In this document: positions 8,977 through 17,124 of the stretch, in pieces | Numbering within the stretch: position 1 is the first letter of the stretch | Layout: every line of letters begins with the position of its first letter | IMG/VR virus record: IMGVR_UViG_3300033076_000390 | Coordinates: 1-37,905 of that record | Length of the DNA: 37,905 nt | From: a virus | Lineage: Duplodnaviria; Caudoviricetes | Direction: 5' to 3' (one strand) | The notes under the pieces: model-generated | Database searches by the model: none | What the model saw: the letters and a program-made list of their open reading frames with translations, nothing else | Told to the model about the DNA's origin: nothing | Translations under genes and position numbers: made by a program

Positions 8977-10459
8977 TGAATTTTTCTTTATTCACATAGT
9001 ACTTTCGTACCCAATCTTCAATAAGATGTCCATCGTATAATAAGAAGTCTTCTGTCACTCTGTTACCATCAACTAACTTATCAATCTCACTTTTAATATA
9101 TTTAAACCAGTCTTCATGCTGAATTTCTTGATAAACCTGACGAAGATAAACACTCGGCTTTTGGTCTTTAGGTGTAAGAGGACCAAGAACGCATTGAGCA
9201 TAGTTCATAAAGAACATTTCTTTCCACTGCTCTTTAGTGAACGTGTTAGTCTGAATAACGATTTCCTGTGGTGATTTATATTTTCCAATCACGCTATGAC
9301 TTACATATGTGATATCATTATCGTCGTTTTCAGTAACACCAATCTTAGTCGTCTTAATACCATGTAATGCTTTATATAAAGGATCTGCCATCTCAGTAGC
9401 TGGCAAAATAGTTAATGGCCCGCGTGACCAATCCCAAATATTTGTATTCGGCGTTAAGTCCATCTCATCGTAGAACGAATCTATCGTTGATCCAGGAAGA
9501 CCAAGAATAAGTTCTAACTTGCCAGACATTCCATAAAGATCACGGTACTTTTTAGCAAGAGCCATGTTCTCTTCAATTGTAATGTCTTTTCTTTTCACTG
9601 CATCTAATGCGTCTTTACTAATAGATTGAATCGATAACGAGTAGTAATCCATCAATCCATTTGCAAAACCAATGTCAAGAATCTTTTCACGCTTTTCAAC
9701 TTTAACTTTGGCAATTCCATAGATTAAGATTTTCTTTGGTGCGTTGAATATCTTTTTGTTGTCGGCAATACGTTGCATGATCTCAACATCTCTACTTAAT
9801 ATACCAAAATTGGCATCTACAATATCAATGTTGCCAAAACCTAACATACAGACCAAGTCTAATTCTTTAAAAACATTTTCAATAGGTTTCTGAATAACCT
9901 TAGTTCCTACACCGCCACCCCATTCGCAATATGTACATGAATATGGACAACCACGAGTAGTCTCAAAGTTAATCACAGACGTCTTATTTAGTTTTTTAGC
10001 AATCCCTGAAACGTTTGTAAGATATTCAATGTTATGTTCAAATGATGATTGCTCTGGAAAACAGAACTTAGCTTTACCAGCTTTGATTGGATCTATTCCA
10101 TCAAATATGTCTTTAAGGTATAGTTCACCAGGAACTAATGGATCGCAGTTGTAGTCAATTCCGTCAAACATAGTTTGTTGTGGACCACCACGAATAACTT
10201 CAATGCTTGACACTTCTTTAATTCGCTTAGCTACTTCAATGCACAGTTTTTCATTCCAAATGTATGTACTTAAACATAGAACTTTTGGATTGTGCTTAAC
10301 GATCTCATTGACTACATCATCTAGAGTTTCATATAATTCCCAATCGATGATTGGCTCTATCCATTCATGCTCTGGAAGAAATGAACTCATGTTCATCCAT
10401 GCAGTGTCAGCTACTATTGTTCTAGTAGAGATAGGAGGGTTAAGCCAATAGATTCGCAT
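8960..10459 (-). CDS. Cobalamin-binding-type radical SAM enzyme (class B methyltransferase-like)
   Basis: N-terminal LSTYIWN...GGP (B12-binding-like), ETTRGCPYSCTYCEWG, DANFG, ELILGLPG. Confidence 0.85.
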   Translation of the reverse strand: MRIYWLNPPISTRTIVADTAWMNMSSFLPEHEWIEPIIDWELYETLDDVVNEIVKHNPKVLCLSTYIWNEKLCIEVAKRIKEVSSIEVIRGGPQQTMFDGIDYNCDPLVPGELYLKDIFDGIDPIKAGKAKFCFPEQSSFEHNIEYLTNVSGIAKKLNKTSVINFETTRGCPYSCTYCEWGGGVGTKVIQKPIENVFKELDLVCMLGFGNIDIVDANFGILSRDVEIMQRIADNKKIFNAPKKILIYGIAKVKVEKREKILDIGFANGLMDYYSLSIQSISKDALDAVKRKDITIEENMALAKKYRDLYGMSGKLELILGLPGSTIDSFYDEMDLTPNTNIWDWSRGPLTILPATEMADPLYKALHGIKTTKIGVTENDDNDITYVSHSVIGKYKSPQEIVIQTNTFTKEQWKEMFFMNYAQCVLGPLTPKDQKPSVYLRQVYQEIQHEDWFKYIKSEIDKLVDGNRVTEDFLLYDGHLIEDWVRKYYVNKEKFNGSYN

Positions 10460-11027
10460 TTCTTATCCAATAATTTCCATCACGTTTAAAACCAAGAGGT
10501 TGCATTAAAGAAGCTTTATATGAATTACGAGGAACTCTTTTCTGATTGATCGATAGATGCAACCATTCCATGTATGATCCTGCTGGACAAATCATTTTTC
10601 TATCGCCAAACATCTTTATTAAGTCATGCCAAATGTCTTTGACGATATTTGTTGTAACTACACGCCCAAGATTTTTCATATACCCATAATATTTAACAGT
10701 GCCAATAATGACTTCATTTTCATAAGGATATACGATTGATTGTCCAATCTCTATCTTCCAAGGCTCAGGACAACCAATGACTTGTTCTTCGCCTTTACAC
10801 TTCACAGCTTCTTCATCAATAGAAGGATAGACACCTTTTTCGACATGCCAAATAAGAACATGCCCTTGGTTAGGGCATATCCTAGCTACGTATGGGTGTT
10901 TTGTTGGAGTATTTTCTGGATAGCAATCAACGTTGGCTGGATAATACCGCGCGTTTAAAGGGTTTGATCCCGCGTCGTAATCTAACATCGTCGATGTATC
11001 TGTGCGTAAGTTTATAGACACACTCAT
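10440..11027 (-). CDS. Hypothetical protein of the enzyme island
   Basis: 195-aa ORF (alternative start at 10988) overlapping both neighbours; no firm motif. Confidence 0.65.
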   Translation of the reverse strand: MSVSINLRTDTSTMLDYDAGSNPLNARYYPANVDCYPENTPTKHPYVARICPNQGHVLIWHVEKGVYPSIDEEAVKCKGEEQVIGCPEPWKIEIGQSIVYPYENEVIIGTVKYYGYMKNLGRVVTTNIVKDIWHDLIKMFGDRKMICPAGSYMEWLHLSINQKRVPRNSYKASLMQPLGFKRDGNYWIRNANLLA

Positions 11028-12003
11028 CTAGTTCTTCCCTAAATTTATAATCATGGCTCATGAAACAACCTAAACCACATCTGTCCAAATACTCGCATGA
11101 AACGCAATCGTATTTTTCTAAGAAGTTGTTCTCAATACCAGAATTATCATTCGCTTTCAATGGGCTTTTGTAAAAAGTAATAGCCTTTTCATCACTAAGC
11201 ATTAAATTACCGCACTGACACATTGTTCCATCTTGAAGAACTAATTTTGAAGTGCGACAGGTAATGTAGTTATAATCATTCTCTATCCATCCTTTGATAG
11301 GATCTACATTTGGATAGTTGTCTATTAAGTGTTTAAAGAAAGTTAGTAGTAACTCGTCTGATGGCGCTTGATGAGTTGCAGAAACGTCTGGAGAATAGTA
11401 ATCAAAGTAGATATACTTTCCAGCGTTATATAGTTCTTTAAAGTATGGATCTTTGTCTTGCAGTAAGTACTCAATGCTTGGCTTACTTAACAACATACTA
11501 ATGCATTTCACTCTATCACCAAAGTATTTCATAGAGTGCTTGAATTGCATGAAGTCGTTTACATTGAATCTACCACGGGGATCGTACGATGTAACTAACT
11601 CTGCATGTACACCAATACTTTGTGAATAACTAAAGAGTTCGTCGATTAAGTTATACTTAGTAGTGACTAAGTTGCTAACCCAATTGATTCGTACTCGTTT
11701 GTTGTATTTTTCTCCAAGCGCTTTAATGCCAAGAGTAAGATCTTTATATGCTTGTAACAAAGATTCGTCAAAAATCTCTGTGGCAAATACTTCGCCACCC
11801 ATAGCATTAAAGATTACAGAGTCTCTTCTTTCAGTAGATAAGAACTTTTCAATAGGGATTAATTTTGACAACACATCGTCAATCCCTACTCTGTTTTCAT
11901 GGTCTTGCCAACAGAAAGAACATCTTAAATTACAATATTCAAATAAGTGAAGCGTATATTCTTGTTCAATATCACGCTTCTTCTCAATAACGAATTCACG
12001 CAT
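10927..12003 (-). CDS. Radical SAM/SPASM enzyme
   Basis: CNLRCSFC, MGGE, and C-terminal C...CQC...CVSCEYLDRCGLGC...C (Cx2Cx5Cx3C). Confidence 0.92.
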   Translation of the reverse strand: MREFVIEKKRDIEQEYTLHLFEYCNLRCSFCWQDHENRVGIDDVLSKLIPIEKFLSTERRDSVIFNAMGGEVFATEIFDESLLQAYKDLTLGIKALGEKYNKRVRINWVSNLVTTKYNLIDELFSYSQSIGVHAELVTSYDPRGRFNVNDFMQFKHSMKYFGDRVKCISMLLSKPSIEYLLQDKDPYFKELYNAGKYIYFDYYSPDVSATHQAPSDELLLTFFKHLIDNYPNVDPIKGWIENDYNYITCRTSKLVLQDGTMCQCGNLMLSDEKAITFYKSPLKANDNSGIENNFLEKYDCVSCEYLDRCGLGCFMSHDYKFREELDECVYKLTHRYIDDVRLRRGIKPFKRAVLSSQR

Positions 12004-12005
12004 TA

Positions 12006-13100
12006 TTACACCAATTTGTATTTGCTTAAATCAGCACCTTCAAATTTTTGACGTAGGAAGTAGAGGAATAAGACAAAGTTTACGTTTTGGAAGTCAAAAC
12101 GTGGGATCATATTCGTATCAAATGGTTCATTGATAACGAATGTTAATAGTTCTTGCATTTCATCGTCAGTAAGTTCATCTCTAGACGCAGCATTCAGGTA
12201 TGAGCTTAATCCAAAAACAGATCGATCAATCTGCATTCCTTCAAAGCGATCATACACTGAAATAAGTGTATTACGTAAACCATTTATTTGTTCATCTGAA
12301 AGACCAGCAAGATTGCAATTACCGCTTTGCATTTCCCAGATCTGGTTATCTGCATAAGCTTCTAATCCAGGAATTCCAGCTAATGGATCTTCACGTGTAA
12401 TATCTACTAATGAAGGATCAATCCCCATTGCAGTTTGGAATCTGTGGTTATTAATATTCAATAGAACCATTTGGCGATTATCAGTCAGCAATTCTTTAAA
12501 CCAACGGCGAAGGAACATATGCATTGTTGATTTTAATTGCGCTGTATAATTCTTAGATCCAGATAAGTGATCTGCAATCATTAGTTCATATGAAAGATTT
12601 AACCCAAGTGACTTAAACGCTTTCTTTTCTTTAGCTGTAAACTTAGTAGCTTCATCCCAGAATGTTTGTAGATCACCAAGATCTTCCCACAATGTGTTTA
12701 AAGACATGCTATACACAGAAGATAACTGTGTATTAGAAATAATGCGTTGATTGTAGATTGTATGATCTACAATTGTCTTAAATCCTTCAAAATCTAAACT
12801 AGGAAGTATACCCTTAAACCATTGAGTAGTAAACTTCTTATACGCAGTTTTATCGCAATAGATAATGATCTTCTTGCCAGATTGACTAGAGAAGTCACGC
12901 AGTTTTTCTAAGAATGCAATAAAATCATTCTCAATAACTTCATCATATGTTAAACCAAACTTGATAAGTTCACCATAGGCAACTTTATCAAGTTCAATCA
13001 TCATCTTCTTACCATATTGCTCAGAGATGACAACTCTGTCGAAATTGATTTCGATATTATCGTCGAATTCAAGATATACTTTGTTAAACAGATGTAACAT
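12006..13100 (-). CDS. Hypothetical protein of the enzyme island (364 aa)
   Basis: Long ORF tightly packed with its neighbours; no catalytic motif recognised. Confidence 0.75.
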   Translation of the reverse strand: MLHLFNKVYLEFDDNIEINFDRVVISEQYGKKMMIELDKVAYGELIKFGLTYDEVIENDFIAFLEKLRDFSSQSGKKIIIYCDKTAYKKFTTQWFKGILPSLDFEGFKTIVDHTIYNQRIISNTQLSSVYSMSLNTLWEDLGDLQTFWDEATKFTAKEKKAFKSLGLNLSYELMIADHLSGSKNYTAQLKSTMHMFLRRWFKELLTDNRQMVLLNINNHRFQTAMGIDPSLVDITREDPLAGIPGLEAYADNQIWEMQSGNCNLAGLSDEQINGLRNTLISVYDRFEGMQIDRSVFGLSSYLNAASRDELTDDEMQELLTFVINEPFDTNMIPRFDFQNVNFVLFLYFLRQKFEGADLSKYKLV

Positions 13101-13800
13101 TTACTAATTCCTTTAAGGTTTGTTCTTTTGCTTTGTTATAGTCTTCACTCTTGATCAAACCTTCTGAAATACCGTAGGTTAGAAGGAACATTGGATTATT
13201 ATCATTAGCCCAATAACTATACATGTTCTTACCTTTAAACATATAGTCATTGAAGTAGTGAGTGTAGTAACGTAAATCTTCGTTCTTTATGTTTCCATAA
13301 AAATTATAAAACTGCGGATGTTTTAAAACACTAATAAAGTTAACACCAACTAATGTGTCGCTATCATCTTTCTCAAAGTTATCTACAAACTCTTTGAAAG
13401 AAGGATCGTTAACGATAGACATATTATAAATCGTTAAACTATCTAAGCGAGATGACCATGCTGAGATGATGTCTTTGTTTTGCTCAATGAAGACTTCATC
13501 TTTCACAGGTACTAATTCTTTGTATTGCTTTAAAACATAAATTGCTAGATTTTCTAGAATAGGAATATTCACAATGCTTGATGCATTGAAATACTCTTTA
13601 AGCATTTCATAACATTCGCTATCATCACATCCAGTAAAATCAATATCACAAGGAATGTCCAGGTTGCTAAAATACGTTAATAGTTTAGCACCTTTCAATT
13701 TACTTTCTTTATAATTGATGATATAGAACGTGCTTTTATCTGTGAAGTACTTCTTTAAGTCTTCAATAGAGATAGGAGCAGGTGTTTTCACAAAATTCAT
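13084..13800 (-). CDS. Hypothetical protein of the enzyme island (238 aa)
   Basis: Starts 2 nt after the stop of the CHxS protein; no motif recognised. Confidence 0.75.
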   Translation of the reverse strand: MNFVKTPAPISIEDLKKYFTDKSTFYIINYKESKLKGAKLLTYFSNLDIPCDIDFTGCDDSECYEMLKEYFNASSIVNIPILENLAIYVLKQYKELVPVKDEVFIEQNKDIISAWSSRLDSLTIYNMSIVNDPSFKEFVDNFEKDDSDTLVGVNFISVLKHPQFYNFYGNIKNEDLRYYTHYFNDYMFKGKNMYSYWANDNNPMFLLTYGISEGLIKSEDYNKAKEQTLKELVNVTSV

Positions 13801-13802
13801 TA

Positions 13803-14372
13803 TTAACGTCTTCCTCTAGAACTATGACAAGATGAGTGACATGATGCATGACACACGTTGATTTGTACAGTGACAGTATTTCCACGAGCACCATTATAGT
13901 TTGCACGCATACTATCAAACATTGCTTCTAAACCACCAGCAGTAATAGTATTACCTGCCCAAACGTCTGAACGACCAGCGCCAACGCCTTGGAAGTAGTT
14001 ACCATTCATGTATGCTACAGCAGTACCATCGTAGATATATCCAGGATTTGGGCGTGAACCAGTGTTACCGCCGCCACCATCTACGTATAGTAATGCACGA
14101 AGGTTTCGAATGTTCGTGTAATAATATGTCTCTGTGATAAGAACGTTATAAATTTGTTGAGCGTTAATAACTGTTCCAGCACCAGCAATATTACCACCGC
14201 TAATTCCAATGCCTTTGCCCCATGTATACCCACCAAAGTAGTTACCATCAAACTCACCGAATGGGTATGCATTATAGCCCCAAGAAATACCAGAGTTAGC
14301 AGAGGCTACTACGTAGTCAGAAAATCTATCAACGATATTCTGTGGTGTGATTGGATTATTTAGTGACGCCAT
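13803..14372 (-). CDS. Putative substrate/precursor: Gly/Asn/Tyr-rich structural-like protein with C-terminal (CHxS)x3-RGRR tail
   Basis: Ends VCHASCHSSCHSSRGRR. All Cys and His residues of the 189-aa protein are in this tail. Has a GGA ribosome-binding site and is flanked by radical SAM genes. Confidence 0.7.
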   Translation of the reverse strand: MASLNNPITPQNIVDRFSDYVVASANSGISWGYNAYPFGEFDGNYFGGYTWGKGIGISGGNIAGAGTVINAQQIYNVLITETYYYTNIRNLRALLYVDGGGGNTGSRPNPGYIYDGTAVAYMNGNYFQGVGAGRSDVWAGNTITAGGLEAMFDSMRANYNGARGNTVTVQINVCHASCHSSCHSSRGRR

Positions 14373-15402
14373 GTTGTTCCTTAATTATCCACACTTTTTT
14401 AGTGTTTTTACTTAATGCTTTCATTAAACTTTTAGGTGCTCCACAGATATTATCCTGCCATGCAAGTTGATGGCAATCGCCACCGCAATGTTGAAATACC
14501 TCACATGAATAACAGTTAGGATTTCTACTTTTCTCGCAGGCCATATTGTGAAGCCTTATTGGACTATTTATAAGGTCTTCGATAGAGTCTTTTATATGTC
14601 CAAATTGTTGTTCAGGTGCAGAGTTCGGGCAACCTGCAATAGTACCATCCGCATTTAGTGTAAAGATCTTTTCTTCGCAGTCTCTACAGAAAGTACCACC
14701 TGCTGTGAATCCAGTTTCAAACTTAGCGTAGATCGTTTCCAGGAATTCATTTTCAAACCAATCTCTAGCTCCATAAAGTTCGCTCTGTTCATGCATCTTT
14801 AAGAACCATTGATCTTGTTCTACGTTTGAAGGAAATATATCTGGATGCAGATTTGCATTTCCATTACCAGTTAATCTTTCAAACGATACTTCTTTGACAC
14901 CTAGGTTTTTTATCCATGTAAGAAGATAGATTGGTTCTATAGACAGCGTATCTTTAGTAACGCTAATGAACAATCGTATATTAACACCTTCATCAACAAG
15001 TGTCTTCACATTTGTAAGCCAAAGCTTCAACTGCTTATCGTTATCAAATCTAATCTTAGGATCCCATGATGTACCTAAGCGATTGTTTAGAGGACCTTTA
15101 ATAAAATCTATGTGTTCTTGCTTTAACTTAAATACCAGATTGGTAGTTGCTCCCCAACTAATGTTAGGTTTATCGCAGTGATCAAACACATATTGCATTT
15201 CACTTACATCAACTAAAAATGGTTCACCACCATGAAATTCACAGTGAAGTGTATCACTTTCTTTGACTGGAAATTTGTTTATCCATTCTGCAATTGCTTT
15301 ATAGTCCCAATAGATTTTTGCGCCATTGATACCATTTGTAAAGCAATGTCTACAATTTAGATTACACGTCTCCGTAGTCTTTAGGTAAAACATCCAATTC
15401 AT
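14356..15402 (-). CDS. Radical SAM/SPASM maturase
   Basis: YLKTTETCNLNCRHC, FHGGEP, CRDC...IAGCP...CYSCEVFQHCGGDC...C (canonical SPASM Cx2Cx5Cx3C). Confidence 0.93.
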   Translation of the reverse strand: MNWMFYLKTTETCNLNCRHCFTNGINGAKIYWDYKAIAEWINKFPVKESDTLHCEFHGGEPFLVDVSEMQYVFDHCDKPNISWGATTNLVFKLKQEHIDFIKGPLNNRLGTSWDPKIRFDNDKQLKLWLTNVKTLVDEGVNIRLFISVTKDTLSIEPIYLLTWIKNLGVKEVSFERLTGNGNANLHPDIFPSNVEQDQWFLKMHEQSELYGARDWFENEFLETIYAKFETGFTAGGTFCRDCEEKIFTLNADGTIAGCPNSAPEQQFGHIKDSIEDLINSPIRLHNMACEKSRNPNCYSCEVFQHCGGDCHQLAWQDNICGAPKSLMKALSKNTKKVWIIKEQHGVTK

Positions 15403-15898
15403 GATTTAGTTTTTCAGTGAGGTATTTTTCTAAGCCAAAGCTAAGTGTTAGTGCAAAATCATCATTGATTGCTTGATGAGGTGTATTAGCTGGAATGAAT
15501 ACGTCTTGTCCAGCCTCTAGTATTATATACTCACCATCTACGATAAGCGTTTTCTTACCTTCTGCGCAATAGATGATAACATCATCTGGATCAGTGTGCA
15601 TAGGGAATGATGGTGATTTTGGATGTGCAACAAACACGTGGCATGTTATAGGACCACTATGATTATTCTTCAGCGCATAATACTTAGCTCTATTCCAAAT
15701 ATTAGCGCTGTACTTTTCAAACCCTTCTACTTTAATAGTTACATTGTCTTCATATAACTCTGAAAACGAACTAAGGAGGATTTGCTCCCCCTTAGTATTG
15801 ATTTTGTAAACTAATTTTTGTTCGTATGCTAAAGGGTTGTGAATAAATTCTACAACATCATTCAATTGTAACATAAGATTATAGGATAATGCACTCAA
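15362..15898 (-). CDS. JmjC/cupin-type hydroxylase (YcfD/ROX-like)
   Basis: SFPMHTDPDDV...GKK...L.AGQDVFIPANTPHQA...LSFG (HxD...H). The true start may be 15874, just after the stop of the upstream gene. Confidence 0.8.
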   Translation of the reverse strand: MSALSYNLMLQLNDVVEFIHNPLAYEQKLVYKINTKGEQILLSSFSELYEDNVTIKVEGFEKYSANIWNRAKYYALKNNHSGPITCHVFVAHPKSPSFPMHTDPDDVIIYCAEGKKTLIVDGEYIILEAGQDVFIPANTPHQAINDDFALTLSFGLEKYLTEKLNHELDVLPKDYGDV

Positions 15899-16907
15899 CT
15901 AATTTTTCTTCAACAGCAGCATTAGTTTCCAATGCTACACCGATAATGTTTGTATTACCTTGCATGGCTCTTCCATCAGGACCAGCCATGATCGATTCGC
16001 CTTTCTTAATTGCGCCAACAACTCTTACTGGAACACGACCCTTAAGAGCTACAGGTTGACCTTCAGATTCTGAGTTCATCAAATAAGCAGGCTTTTCAGA
16101 AATTACACCAATAGCTACTTGACCAGGCGCCCATGATTGTGTACAATCTGCAGAACCACCTAATGCAACAACAATCACAGTACCAGTTGCGTATGTAAGA
16201 TCAGTTGTATACTTTTCTGCCAAGTCGGCGTATCGTGCGGCAGTTGCTGTACCATACATGATGTTGGCTGAAAGACTGCCATCACCATGACGTAAAACGA
16301 TTGTGTTTGCATCAGCACCAGTTGATGGTTGATAACCATCTAATACGTCAGCATCTAAACCAGATCCAGCGCCATCATTACCAGAATGCCAAGGTGTATA
16401 GCCTAAAGCTGTTGTAACATCTGAACTGCTTAATGAAGTACCACTAGTTGCACGACCTTTGCTATCAACTGTAATCTTTGTATATGTACCAGCACTAACA
16501 CCAGAGTTTGCAAGTGTTAAAGCACCAGTTACGTTACCGGTACCATCAAAGTTTGTAGTCCAAGTAGCATCACCTGTGATACTAATAGAACGTGTAGTTG
16601 CTAACTTAGTTGCAGTATCTGCGTTACCAGTAACGTTAGCAATAAGGTTACCAGTAATAGTTAAGTTACCTGACGCGTCAAGCGTTAGTTCTACTGGATC
16701 TCCAGCATCAACTTGAACTTTAAATTGTGTGTCTGAAACTGTAAGAGTGCCTTGAATAGCACCGCTTCGTAATTCATTAATTGCAGCAACAAGATTCAAG
16801 GCAGTAGTAGCTAATGTAGCACCATCACCAACCAATGTGGAGATATCATTGGTTTTAATTCTCCATTGCTCGAATGTGTTATCTTGGGTAACGTTGATTA
16901 ACGCCAT
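15879..16907 (-). CDS. Tail fibre/spike protein with C-terminal intramolecular-chaperone (peptidase G2-like) domain
   Basis: TFEQWRIKTN N-terminus, GTYTKITVDSKGR and GSGLDADVLDG fibre motifs, YADLAEKY...GVISEKPAYLMN...VALKGRVPVRV. Confidence 0.8.
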   Translation of the reverse strand: MALINVTQDNTFEQWRIKTNDISTLVGDGATLATTALNLVAAINELRSGAIQGTLTVSDTQFKVQVDAGDPVELTLDASGNLTITGNLIANVTGNADTATKLATTRSISITGDATWTTNFDGTGNVTGALTLANSGVSAGTYTKITVDSKGRATSGTSLSSSDVTTALGYTPWHSGNDGAGSGLDADVLDGYQPSTGADANTIVLRHGDGSLSANIMYGTATAARYADLAEKYTTDLTYATGTVIVVALGGSADCTQSWAPGQVAIGVISEKPAYLMNSESEGQPVALKGRVPVRVVGAIKKGESIMAGPDGRAMQGNTNIIGVALETNAAVEEKLVECIIL

Positions 16908-16908
16908 G

Positions 16909-17112
16909 TTAGCTTACTCTCTCTAGAATTTTTTGTAGCATATTTTTTATATCACTTACTTCATTCTCAAGTTTAGTGATTCGTTCTTTTTCTTCTTTAG
17001 CCTTTTGAGCACGTTCAACTGCTTGAAGATATGCGGTACGGTTAGTGTTAATAACCGCACCGGTTTTCATATCCTTCTCAAGGTCTTTATCATCTACGAC
17101 TTTTGCTCTCAT
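16909..17112 (-). CDS. Small coiled-coil hypothetical protein
   Basis: L.KD..TGAVINTN...RI.KLENEVSDIKNML; similar small genes follow the large virion protein in T4-like phages. Confidence 0.75.
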   Translation of the reverse strand: MRAKVVDDKDLEKDMKTGAVINTNRTAYLQAVERAQKAKEEKERITKLENEVSDIKNMLQKILERVS

Positions 17113-17117
17113 ACTTT

Positions 17118-17124
17118 TATTTAT
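17118..17124 (-). promoter_or_regulatory. Late-promoter core ATAAATA, 5 nt before the ATG
   Basis: CATAAATA-AAAGT-ATG on the minus strand. Confidence 0.5.

Noticed and set aside
13818-13853. CHASCH as a c-type heme-binding motif
   Set aside because: The spacing is Cx3CH rather than the canonical CxxCH, and there is no signal peptide or cytochrome c maturation gene.
4996-15898. Reading the island as a DNA hypermodification, queuosine/7-deazaguanine or cofactor (PQQ, MoCo, heme) pathway
   Set aside because: No recognisable nucleotide kinase, transglycosylase, QueC/QueD/FolE, glycosyltransferase or cofactor partner genes. The late structural context and the Cys/His-tailed protein favour protein modification. 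Disfavoured, not excluded.
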